Shown: in pieces, positions 6,731 to 14,997 of the stretch
How positions within the stretch are numbered: the stretch's first letter is position 1
Layout: each line of letters begins with the position of its first letter
Assembly: GCA_964014485.1 (NCBI GenBank)
Contig: CAXHAT010000105.1
Span: forward strand, 1 to 27,039
DNA: 27,039 nt
Direction of reading: 5' to 3'
From: an uncultured Deferribacteres bacterium
Lineage (GTDB): Bacteria > Zhuqueibacterota > Zhuqueibacteria > Zhuqueibacterales > Geothermadaptataceae
The notes under the pieces: generated by a model
The model's input: only the letters and a program-made list of their open reading frames with translations
Told to the model about the DNA's origin: nothing
The model's database searches: none
Position numbers and translations under genes: made by a program

Positions 6731-7993
6731 TTAAAACTGAAACGACCACGAAAAAACATGCTCGCTCGAAATATCATCGCCCTGCATGACGAAAGCATAA
6801 TGCAGGAAAGTCAATCTTTTGCCAATGCTGAATTGATACGATCCGCCCGCCGTCGGGTAGCCGTTGCGTGCGCCGAGCCGCGCATTGATTTTGGGTGAAA
6901 CGCGATAGTCCGCGCCGAAATAAACTTTCGGATCGGTGACATTCGTCCCCTCGACGTCCGCCGCCAACAGCAGATCGTCAAGTAATCGCGTTGTTGCCAG
7001 ACCAACGCGCCAGGTTTTGGGAAATGGGCTGGTTGTTGTGCGCCCGCGGTCATAAATTTGATCCGTGTTCCAGTCGAACGACGCATTGATGTTTTTGTAA
7101 ACGCCGCCCAGCCAAACGCCTTCCGTCACTGTGACCATCGCGCCCAAGTCCACGCCGAACGCGCGCGCACCGACAGTCACGTCGCCGTCGCCGAGGCGGG
7201 GGAATCGATTCCAGAGAATGCGCGTGGTCAAGCCTATCGCGACTTTCTGATGGACGCGCAGACCGAAAGTAAAATTAAAAATGTTTTGGTTATTTGAAAA
7301 TGTATCGTAAAGCACGCCGTCGAAATCACGGCCTTCGATGTTATTGACGGAAGCATGAATCCAACTCAGCGACAGCCCGCCGCCCAACGGGCCTTTGCGC
7401 GGTTTGTTTTTAAGGCTGTCTGATTGGCTTGTTGAATCTTTTTTGGATTTTGGCCGAATCCCGGCGGAAAATCCGGCAAAGGCAAAGCGTCGGTCGAGCG
7501 AGAGCGCGCGCAAGGAAAGATCAACGCCGCGTTTTTCCATCATCGTGACAGCGGCGGGATTGTAAAACGCGCTTTCCGGGTTGCCGCCAACAGCCGTGTA
7601 AGCCCGTCCCATCGCCTCCGAACGCGCCGCGATTCCCATGCGCAAAACAGAGCCTGCGTAGCCGCCTTGAGCTTGGGCAAGCGTCGGGAGCATAAAGAAA
7701 AAGCAAAGAGCGAGCGAAGCGAAGCACAAAATTCCCCCTTTGAAGGAGGTTAGGGGGATGTTAATAGCAGCGCTCAAATTTTCCGAAAGCGACGCTTTTG
7801 TCATACCCGCGCAGGCGGGTACCCAGCTTTGGGGCGCTGTTGTCTGGATACCCGCCTGCGCGGGCATGACACAGTGGATTGAGCTCAGTTTTCTAAAGAA
7901 TCTACCCTTTAAAGGGCCTGGGGGAGCTATGTGCGCTTCGCGCTTCTTCCAAAATTTGAAAGTCCGTTTCAAAATTCTATTCTTCTTTTTCAA
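6731..7993 (-). CDS. PorV/PorQ-family outer membrane beta-barrel protein; start uncertain (TTG 7993, or repeat-supplied ATG 7867/7804)
   Basis: Mature part LRMGIAARSEAMGRAY...FYNPA, terminal HVFSWSFQF. The signal h/c region ILCFASLALCFFFMLPTLAQA lies after about 87 residues, most of them repeat-encoded. Confidence 0.8.
   Translation of the reverse strand: MKKKNRILKRTFKFWKKREAHIAPPGPLKGRFFRKLSSIHCVMPAQAGIQTTAPQSWVPACAGMTKASLSENLSAAINIPLTSFKGGILCFASLALCFFFMLPTLAQAQGGYAGSVLRMGIAARSEAMGRAYTAVGGNPESAFYNPAAVTMMEKRGVDLSLRALSLDRRFAFAGFSAGIRPKSKKDSTSQSDSLKNKPRKGPLGGGLSLSWIHASVNNIEGRDFDGVLYDTFSNNQNIFNFTFGLRVHQKVAIGLTTRILWNRFPRLGDGDVTVGARAFGVDLGAMVTVTEGVWLGGVYKNINASFDWNTDQIYDRGRTTTSPFPKTWRVGLATTRLLDDLLLAADVEGTNVTDPKVYFGADYRVSPKINARLGARNGYPTAGGSYQFSIGKRLTFLHYAFVMQGDDISSEHVFSWSFQF
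7731..7926. repeat. Nested palindromic repeats inside the 5' part of the PorV-like ORF
   Basis: TGTCATACCCGCGCAGGCGGGTACCCAG (7799-7826) / CTGGATACCCGCCTGCGCGGGCATGACA (7844-7871) are 26/28. They are flanked by two CCCTTT.AAGG..T.GGGGGA units (7731-7760, 7901-7926). Confidence 0.88.
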
Positions 7994-7999
7994 GATTCG

Positions 8000-9439
8000 T
8001 CAATCCATCACAATAAATTTTCCCCAATAAACGCCGTCGCCTTCCAGCGCAACGCTATAAAAATAAACGCCGTTCGCGACGATCTCGCCGCGATAATTTT
8101 GGGCGTTCCAGGTTTCGAAAAACGAGCCGTTCGCCGGACGGCTTTTTTGGCTGACCACGTCCGCGACTTTTGACATCGCGAAGTCGAAAATGCGAATGGT
8201 CACGCGCGTGTCGCTCAACGTGTTGTACTGAAATCGCAAGTGTCCGTCACCGCCAAGCTGGTTGTGGCGGGAGTGGGAAAACGGGCTGGGATAGGCGAAA
8301 GTGCGCGGTTCGTCGTCTTGCCCCGGCAGGCGTGTGCCGCGTTGAATTTCCCATGTAAAACCATCATCACGAGACACGGCCAGCCCGTCAGGACCGCCGA
8401 CAAAGAGCGTGTGATTGCTTGTCGCTCCTGCGCCGAAAAATTCATCTGACAGATAAAGATTGTTCGTCTCCGCGTCACGGATTTCGGGAAACTTCGCCCA
8501 GGTTTGGCCAAAATCCAGCGATTTAAACAAGCCTTCCTCCGCCGCGACGTAAGCGACGGAATCATCAAAACCAAAATTATGCGGGAAAGTGTTGTGCAGC
8601 GTGGTGTGCCAGGTAAAGCCGCCGTCGTTGCTGACGGAAACGCCGCGCACTTCGCTGGTATCGACGGCGTTGATGGTTGCCGCCCAAAGATATTCGCGCC
8701 CGTCGTAATTTTGGCTCGCCATTGCCACGACGAAATTGCCGGAAATCGGCGACGCTTGATTGCTGTGTTTAATGTTCGTCCAGGTTTCGCCGTTGTCGAG
8801 GGATTTGTTGATCCCGTCCGCCGTGCCGATCCACAGCGCGCCGTTGGCGCTGATTGCCGAGAACCCGCGATGGTTCAAATTGCCCAAAGGGTCAAACAAA
8901 AACGTGTCCGGCGGCACGACTTCCCACGTCTGGCCAAAATCGAATGTACGCTGAATGCCGCCGCCCCAGCTCGAGATCCAGACGGAGCCGTCATCGTGAA
9001 TGGCTACGTCAAAAGTGACGTTTTGCACCGGCGTCGGGCCGGGCTGTTCGACGTGCGTCCAGGTTTGACCGCCGTCTTCAGAATAGGACAAACCGCCGCC
9101 TGTCGGCAGTTCGCCCTCCGGCACAAGAGAATCGAACGCCGTGGAAACCCAAATCACCGCGTCGTTCACCGCCATCGCTGCAACGCCGCCTTGCCCGATG
9201 CCTTCCGCTTGCGTGAAAGTTTGCCACGAACGACCGTCGTCCCGCGAAACCGAAAGTCCTTCGCCGGTGCCTAGATAAATGGCGTCGTTATGCACCAAAA
9301 TATCGACGATTGAATTCGAGGCGATTCCTGTCTGCGCTTGCGTGAATTTTTGTTCGGTTCGAAAAACGCGTCCTTTTTGCGCCGAGACTTGCCCCGCCGC
9401 GAGAAGGACGATAAAAAGAAGCCAATTTATTTTCTTCAT
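8000..9439 (-). CDS. Secreted BNR/Asp-box beta-propeller protein with C-terminal FlgD-Ig/T9SS-like sorting domain
   Basis: Signal peptide; seven S/T-x-D-x-G-x-T/S-W boxes; C-terminal AYPSPF..VTIRIFD..WN....G..VANGVYFY..GKFIVMD. Confidence 0.85.
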   Translation of the reverse strand: MKKINWLLFIVLLAAGQVSAQKGRVFRTEQKFTQAQTGIASNSIVDILVHNDAIYLGTGEGLSVSRDDGRSWQTFTQAEGIGQGGVAAMAVNDAVIWVSTAFDSLVPEGELPTGGGLSYSEDGGQTWTHVEQPGPTPVQNVTFDVAIHDDGSVWISSWGGGIQRTFDFGQTWEVVPPDTFLFDPLGNLNHRGFSAISANGALWIGTADGINKSLDNGETWTNIKHSNQASPISGNFVVAMASQNYDGREYLWAATINAVDTSEVRGVSVSNDGGFTWHTTLHNTFPHNFGFDDSVAYVAAEEGLFKSLDFGQTWAKFPEIRDAETNNLYLSDEFFGAGATSNHTLFVGGPDGLAVSRDDGFTWEIQRGTRLPGQDDEPRTFAYPSPFSHSRHNQLGGDGHLRFQYNTLSDTRVTIRIFDFAMSKVADVVSQKSRPANGSFFETWNAQNYRGEIVANGVYFYSVALEGDGVYWGKFIVMD

Positions 9440-10947
9440 TCAGTAACCACTAATCGTTTGACCACGGTTGCGCTTTCCAACCCGGAACGGTCGCGCGCAA
9501 CAAATTCAAATCGAAATTCTCCCAGCAATGCGGTTGACGGAATTTGCGTAACGATAGTAAAAACGCCGTCGTTCGCCGTCTCGTCGCCGTTGAAGCCGTC
9601 GTCGAAAAGCGTAAAAGGATTGCCCGCCGCAGGCTGCCCGTCCGGACGAATGCTATTAAAAAATACGTCTTGAATATCCGCCGCCCCGTTCGGATCGACG
9701 ACGCGCGCCGTCACCGTTAATAACCTCGCTCCGGCAAGCGGGCGCTGTACCGTGTCCGGCGCTGAAACGCTCAAAATCACCGGCGTGTTCGGATCGAGAA
9801 TCGGCGTGACGACGATGGTGCGCAATTCTTCACGTGAACGATTTCCCGCTGCGTCTTCCGCAATGATCGCGAGCGTCATAAAATCCGCGTTATTTTGAAA
9901 ATCAGAGCTTTGCAAATTCACCCCAAAAACGCCGTTTCCGGCAACGCCGTCGTCATTCGTGCCATCGTCGCGTAGTGCGCCGAGAAGCAGAGCGTCGGCT
10001 GGCGCGGGGGGCAAGATGCGGTAACGCACTTCCTGAACGTCGTTGTTCGGATCGTCAATTGTGGCGAGAATTTGCACTTGATCGCTCGCGTCACTGCGAA
10101 CGGTGTCGGGGAAAACGATTTCGCGCACCGTGGGCGCCTGCGCGTCAAAATAGAAATTGATGACGCCGGGCAAGGCGCGATTGCCTTCATCGTCCTGAGC
10201 GGAGACGCGAAGCGTAAAAACGCCGCGCGCCGAACCAAATTCGCTCAAATTGAGCGTGCCGCGATAAAGCCCGATGTTGCCGCTGACGCCGAACAACTCG
10301 AGCGTTTTGGAAAGCAGCGGAGTCGGCGCGGCGGGCGGGAAAATCGCGTAAGAAATTTGAGAGATGTTGCCGACACCGTCATCGTCCGAAACAAAGGCGG
10401 ACAGGACGGCTTCGTCGGGCAAGCTGGTAAAAAGACTGTCGGGCAGGGTGATTTGCAAAATCTCAGGCGTTGCGCCGGGCGAGCCTTGTTCAATGATAAT
10501 TTGGTATGGGCCGCCGTCCGCGATGTTGCCGTTCTGGTCCGCCGCCTGAATGATCAAGGTCCCGATTCCGGACTGGTTTTGCCAAGTCGCGCCGGGAATT
10601 TTGACGACAAACTGGCCGTCGTTGGCAAGAATATCGCCGTCCGCGCCTTCGTCACGCATTTGAAAGCTTGTGCTTTGATTGTTCTGGCTGGTTGCTTCCA
10701 AAATCACCGAAGCAATATCCGAAACGCCCTGAGGATCAGCGACGCGAACCTGAAACAAGCGGCCGGCTGGATCATCGAGAAAAACTTTTTCCGGGCCGGT
10801 GAATTCTTCAATGGTTGGCGATTGCTCGACGGCGACTTCGACTGGATCGCCGTTGCAGGCAAGGATTGTGAGCGCTGAAACAAGAAGAGTAAGCAGGAAA
10901 GGATAGACAGCCAGAGATGATTTGTTTGAGAATTTATTTGTAGTCAT
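9436..10947 (-). CDS. Lipoprotein with four Ig-like repeats carrying choice-of-anchor-X-like motifs
   Basis: Lipobox TILAC; motifs MRDEGADGDILANDGQF, LRDDGTNDDGVAGNGVF and LFDDGFNGDETANDGVF; ATGA overlap with the next gene. Start ATG 10947 preferred to TTG 10977. Confidence 0.8.
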   Translation of the reverse strand: MTTNKFSNKSSLAVYPFLLTLLVSALTILACNGDPVEVAVEQSPTIEEFTGPEKVFLDDPAGRLFQVRVADPQGVSDIASVILEATSQNNQSTSFQMRDEGADGDILANDGQFVVKIPGATWQNQSGIGTLIIQAADQNGNIADGGPYQIIIEQGSPGATPEILQITLPDSLFTSLPDEAVLSAFVSDDDGVGNISQISYAIFPPAAPTPLLSKTLELFGVSGNIGLYRGTLNLSEFGSARGVFTLRVSAQDDEGNRALPGVINFYFDAQAPTVREIVFPDTVRSDASDQVQILATIDDPNNDVQEVRYRILPPAPADALLLGALRDDGTNDDGVAGNGVFGVNLQSSDFQNNADFMTLAIIAEDAAGNRSREELRTIVVTPILDPNTPVILSVSAPDTVQRPLAGARLLTVTARVVDPNGAADIQDVFFNSIRPDGQPAAGNPFTLFDDGFNGDETANDGVFTIVTQIPSTALLGEFRFEFVARDRSGLESATVVKRLVVTE

Positions 10948-10975
10948 GCGTTGTAATAAAATATCTGGCGCCGCC

Positions 10976-11073
10976 AAAGCAAACTGAAGTTTGAACTACA
11001 AACCACAGAGCATCCGACAGTTCTGAGCGTAAAGCAAGCACTGTCGTTTGTAGTTCAAGCTTTAACTTGTTTT
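10976..11073. repeat. REP-like inverted repeat (GTAG-type)
   Basis: Perfect 13-bp TTGAACTACAAAC (10991-11003) / GTTTGTAGTTCAA (11046-11058), extending imperfectly to about 28 bp. Confidence 0.8.
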
Positions 11074-11154
11074 CGGCAGGCAATCACAAAAACAGTTCAA
11101 AACATTCTTTCTGACGAATTAAAAAGTAAGCAATAAACGAAATTCTGCGGAGGA

Positions 11155-12150
11155 TCAAAACAGATTTGCAATCTCAATGCGCCCGATCTTGATTTTGTTA
11201 TGATTCGAACGTTCCGGCGCGTGAAATTTGTTTAGAGAATGCAACTTGTCTTCAGTGATCAAATCCAATTTTCGGAGAATTTCACACGCAACGGCTGGGG
11301 CGGCGCGATTGCCGCCGTCGCCGATTTTTACCGCCAACCCAATTGGTTCCGGCGTTTTCAGCGCGACGCATTGCATGCCTTCCGCGCCGATTTTGGTGAC
11401 CGCGCTTCCATCCATAGTACGCATAAACGCCGTATCAAAGCGATTCGTTCCCGCAACCATTTCCGGATGTTGCAACATACATTGAAAACTGTGATGAGCC
11501 TGAGAAGACGTTTTTGCCAAATTCGCGTACATTTGCGCGGCGTTTTTGAGCGGCATATTAAAAACCGGCGCGGTGCAGCCGTCAATCGCCACGCCGATTT
11601 TCAATTTGGAAAAATGTGAAGTGCGAGAAACCCATTCCAGGATTTCTTGCTGGTGCGGATGAGCCGGAGAAAGATAGTTTTCAATCGGCCAATTGTGAAA
11701 TCGGCAGGCGGCCAACATGCCAACGTGTTTTCCTGAGCAATCGCTTTGCAACGGCGAGCGTTCCCCTGTTTCCGGGACGCAATCATAATCGACGCCCATC
11801 GGACGATGCGTTCCGCATTGCAAGGCATTCGCGGGAACGCCAATTTTGTCGAGCATGGATTGCGCCGCCGCGACGTGAAAATCTTCGCCGTTGTGCGAGG
11901 CGCAAATCAACGCAAATTCGCGATTTGTGAAGCCAAAATGATCCGCAATTTTATGTTCGATCAACGGCGTGGCTTGCACAGGTTTCGCGGTTGAACGCAG
12001 AAAAACGCGCGTTTCCGGCTCGCCAATGCTGAAAATGATTTTGCCTGCGCCGTCCACGACGACGGCGTGACCGTAATGCTCGCTTTCGACGAACTCGCCG
12101 CGAAAGGCGCGCGCCAAAAGCGCCGGTTTTTGAGTGGTCTTTGTTATCAA
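11155..12150 (-). CDS. L-asparaginase II family (Rhizobium etli type) protein
   Basis: VESEHYG, RSTAKP, CASHNGEDFH, CSGKH, DGCTAP and KIGAEG motifs. TTG start. Confidence 0.9.
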   Translation of the reverse strand: MITKTTQKPALLARAFRGEFVESEHYGHAVVVDGAGKIIFSIGEPETRVFLRSTAKPVQATPLIEHKIADHFGFTNREFALICASHNGEDFHVAAAQSMLDKIGVPANALQCGTHRPMGVDYDCVPETGERSPLQSDCSGKHVGMLAACRFHNWPIENYLSPAHPHQQEILEWVSRTSHFSKLKIGVAIDGCTAPVFNMPLKNAAQMYANLAKTSSQAHHSFQCMLQHPEMVAGTNRFDTAFMRTMDGSAVTKIGAEGMQCVALKTPEPIGLAVKIGDGGNRAAPAVACEILRKLDLITEDKLHSLNKFHAPERSNHNKIKIGRIEIANLF

Positions 12151-12158
12151 AATAAAAG

Positions 12159-12383
12159 TTAACCTTGGCGGGACTTTTTTTCTGAAGAAATTCTGCTTGC
12201 GAGAACGGCGATTGCCGCTTCAACGTCTCGTACTCGCCGAAAGAAAACGGTTAGCTTCTGCAAGTTTTCAACCTTTTCGATTCTGTCAACCGCAGCGCGC
12301 AACTTGAGGCCTTCAGCGCCGAAGCGCGTTTCGAGAATGCTCATAACCTGTGTTCTTAAATCCTGCGCAGGTAATTCTTTCAT
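12159..12383 (-). CDS. Small hypothetical protein resembling the C-terminal helical domain of Rpn/DUF4351-type proteins
   Basis: 74 aa, fills the gap between co-oriented genes. ILETRFGAEGLKL...IEKVENLQKL pattern; family call by recall only. Confidence 0.55.
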   Translation of the reverse strand: MKELPAQDLRTQVMSILETRFGAEGLKLRAAVDRIEKVENLQKLTVFFRRVRDVEAAIAVLASRISSEKKSRQG

Positions 12384-12435
12384 TTTATATGATTCTATCG
12401 TTCAGGGATGAATGATCGAAAGGCGAAACATTCCG

Positions 12436-13146
12436 TCAAAGTAACGCTTTAAAGTCACGCACGGCCTTTTCCATGCCGACGAGCAGCGCCTTGTTGATCA
12501 GCGCCGATCCGACAGTGAATTCTTCCGCTCCGGGGAGGCGTGCGAATTCCTGAATATTTTGATAATTCAAGCCGCCGGAAACGGAAATGCCAAGCCCCAG
12601 CTTGCTTGCTCCGGCGATGACTGAGCGCAGTCGTTCAAATTCATCCATAACGCGATTATAATTGTCAGCTCTGGCGTACGTCCGCGCGTTGAGTTCGATA
12701 TAATCGACGTTCAAACGCGCCGCCGCTTTTGCTTGTTGAACGTCCGGATCGATAAGGGTGCAAACCGCAATGTTATGTGCGCGCAGCATTTGGATAACTT
12801 CCGAAAAATAATCCAGATTTGTGCTGACGTCGACGCTCCCCGCCGCGGAAACGCCGTCGCGAACTGGTTTGACCAACGTGACCATGTCCGGCAAAACTTC
12901 AATTGCCAATTTGACCATTTCGTCTGTTGCAGTTATTCTCAAGGTGAGATGGGTTTTGACAAGCTCTTTCAGCAAATAAACGTCTTTTTCTTTGATGATG
13001 CGCCGATCTTCGCGAATGTGGCAGGCAATGCCGTCGGCGCCGGCAAGTTCGGCAACAACCGCCGCCGCGACCGGATCGGGCTCGGCGCTTCGGTTCATTT
13101 CTCGAATCGCCGCGATATGATGGACGGCTACGCTTAAACGCGCCAT
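12436..13146 (-). CDS. pdxJ: Pyridoxine 5'-phosphate synthase (PdxJ) homologue with degenerate active site
   Basis: EPDPV.AA..AE.AGADGI..HIREDRR, IDPD..Q..AA, GLNY.N and ALLVGM..AV align over the full length with PdxJ, but many catalytic residues differ. Confidence 0.88.
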   Translation of the reverse strand: MARLSVAVHHIAAIREMNRSAEPDPVAAAVVAELAGADGIACHIREDRRIIKEKDVYLLKELVKTHLTLRITATDEMVKLAIEVLPDMVTLVKPVRDGVSAAGSVDVSTNLDYFSEVIQMLRAHNIAVCTLIDPDVQQAKAAARLNVDYIELNARTYARADNYNRVMDEFERLRSVIAGASKLGLGISVSGGLNYQNIQEFARLPGAEEFTVGSALINKALLVGMEKAVRDFKALL

Positions 13147-13231
13147 GCAAAAATTTCCCGGTTTAGTTTATCCTGGTTCGTCTTACCCCGGAATGGCACA
13201 ATTTGAAAATCTGATTGCAAATCACGCAAAC

Positions 13232-14365
13232 TTATTGGACGCTAGCGATCTGTTTTTGATTTCGTAAGTCCCGCACAGTTACAAATTGAAATCCTTGCTC
13301 CTGCAATTGCGGAATGAGCTTTTCCAAAGCCGCCAGCGTGTTTGGCCGAGGATGTCCAATGCCGATGGCGACGCCGTTCGCGCGTGCAATTTCAGCAAGC
13401 TTGTGAATTTTTTTTTCGATCGCTTCCTGCTCATCGACTGGATCGAGAAAAATGTTGTTTCTCAAAGACTGCACGCCCAATGAGACGGCAATGTCGTAGG
13501 CTACCGAGACGGAGGACGTTCGACTGTCAACGAACAAAAAATTCGGCGCGCTGATCGCGCTCAACGCCGCAAGCATCACCGAACTGTCCGCCGTCGCCTT
13601 TGATCCCATGTGGTTGTTCAAACCAATCGCAAAAGGCACGGCTTCAACAGCTTTTTTCATCCGAAGTTTGATTTCTTCGGCTGGCATGGAGGTCAACAAT
13701 GTGAAGCCGTCCTTTTCGACGCGCGCGTTCAACGGCTCCATCGGCATGTGAACTATAATCGTTTTTTTTCTGGCGTTCAGTTCTTCCGCCAGACTTTTGG
13801 AAAACGGCAGGCCCGGGATAATTGCATAGGTAATTGGGACTGGAAAATCGATAAAGCTGCGAACGACGCCGTTTTTGTTGTAGCCGAAGTCATCGATAAG
13901 AATTGCGATGGCCTTGTCGCCAATTTTTTCGCCGTACACAAAGCGCACTGTTCCGGCCAGTCCGCGATCAGTTTCAAAACGCAATTCCATGCCGTCTGTC
14001 AGCGCGTTTTCAGCCCCGACAATGGAGGACGCCCCGCTGGCTTTCAAAACGGCGTATGCTTTTTGATAATACGGCAGGAGCGCTTGTCCGTGCTTGAAAT
14101 TCGCTGTCAGCACATTGTTTTTAAATTCAAATTGCTCCGCCGGTACGCCGTTTTGCCGCAGCGCTCGGGTGACTTTTTCAAAAACCAGCGGTTGAGTAAC
14201 GCCGCCGGTTGGATTCTCCGCCGCTACGCTTCTGTTCGTGTCCGAGAGAAAATCCTTTGCTGAAATCAAAATGAGCGCTACGAGGCTGACGCAAGCCATG
14301 AAGACCAGCAGTCGAGCTTGCCCCGCGGAATTCTTTTTTTGATTTTTTTGAGTACGTCTTGCCAT
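13232..14365 (-). CDS. Divergent polysaccharide deacetylase family protein (YibQ-like), N-terminally membrane anchored
   Basis: IAILIDDFG, HMPMEP, GLNNHMGS, FVDSRTS, FLD and IGIGHP motifs. Confidence 0.93.
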   Translation of the reverse strand: MARRTQKNQKKNSAGQARLLVFMACVSLVALILISAKDFLSDTNRSVAAENPTGGVTQPLVFEKVTRALRQNGVPAEQFEFKNNVLTANFKHGQALLPYYQKAYAVLKASGASSIVGAENALTDGMELRFETDRGLAGTVRFVYGEKIGDKAIAILIDDFGYNKNGVVRSFIDFPVPITYAIIPGLPFSKSLAEELNARKKTIIVHMPMEPLNARVEKDGFTLLTSMPAEEIKLRMKKAVEAVPFAIGLNNHMGSKATADSSVMLAALSAISAPNFLFVDSRTSSVSVAYDIAVSLGVQSLRNNIFLDPVDEQEAIEKKIHKLAEIARANGVAIGIGHPRPNTLAALEKLIPQLQEQGFQFVTVRDLRNQKQIASVQ

Positions 14366-14377
14366 GTTCAATCGGTG

Positions 14378-14971
14378 TTAATTGCCAAAAAACGCCTTTA
14401 AGCGACTCCAGCTTTGTCCAGAGTCGCTCGGCAAATCTTCCCATCGGTGAATTGACCAGTCGCCAATATTGTCGGTGTTCATGAAAAAACGCGCTTGTCC
14501 GGCAAAAAGCGCCGGTATTTCCTGGCTTTGCCGTGTGTGATGCACGCGGAGCGTATAGTTTTCGATAAAGACTGCCGAGTCGGCGGAAATTGTGGTTTGC
14601 ACATTCCTAAAGGTAAGCAATCGAAGCGAATCATTCGGCACAAAAGCGCGCAATTGGCTAAAATAGAAACGCTCATTTTCTCTCGCCCAAGTATCAAAAA
14701 CGCCGGGGTTTTCTGTCGCGACGCTTTGGTCCGGAATAAAGGCGAAGTCGCGAGGATTTCGAGCGGGATCGCTCAAGTTTCGCAAGTAGTTTTCGATATT
14801 CTGTTCCAGAACGGCGTTTTTTAAGTTTTGCAAAACCACTTCCGGCGTGCGCGGCGGTATAAATTGCACCCCGCCCGCATCCGGCTGCTCAGGTTCGCGC
14901 GTCGAAAAAGGATTTGTGCAAGCCAGTATAAAAGGAATAAAGAATTTCAGAAGTATCAATGGATTTTTCAT
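14378..14971 (-). CDS. Hypothetical lipoprotein (possibly NTF2/SnoaL-like fold)
   Basis: Lipobox FILAC followed by TNPFSTREPEQP; 197 aa; tight spacing with its neighbours. Confidence 0.75.
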   Translation of the reverse strand: MKNPLILLKFFIPFILACTNPFSTREPEQPDAGGVQFIPPRTPEVVLQNLKNAVLEQNIENYLRNLSDPARNPRDFAFIPDQSVATENPGVFDTWARENERFYFSQLRAFVPNDSLRLLTFRNVQTTISADSAVFIENYTLRVHHTRQSQEIPALFAGQARFFMNTDNIGDWSIHRWEDLPSDSGQSWSRLKAFFGN

Positions 14972-14997
14972 GAAAATCGCTGCTGCAACTGCAATTT

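Noticed and set aside
8504..10878. Long plus-strand ORFs (256 aa, 268 aa); likewise 13610-14263, 21286-22077 and 25702-26403
   Set aside because: They are antisense shadows of well-supported minus-strand genes and have no recognisable motifs.
13195..13222. Sigma54 promoter at TGGCAC (also near 27005)
   Set aside because: No TTGC at the required spacing, and the orientation is opposite to the neighbouring genes.
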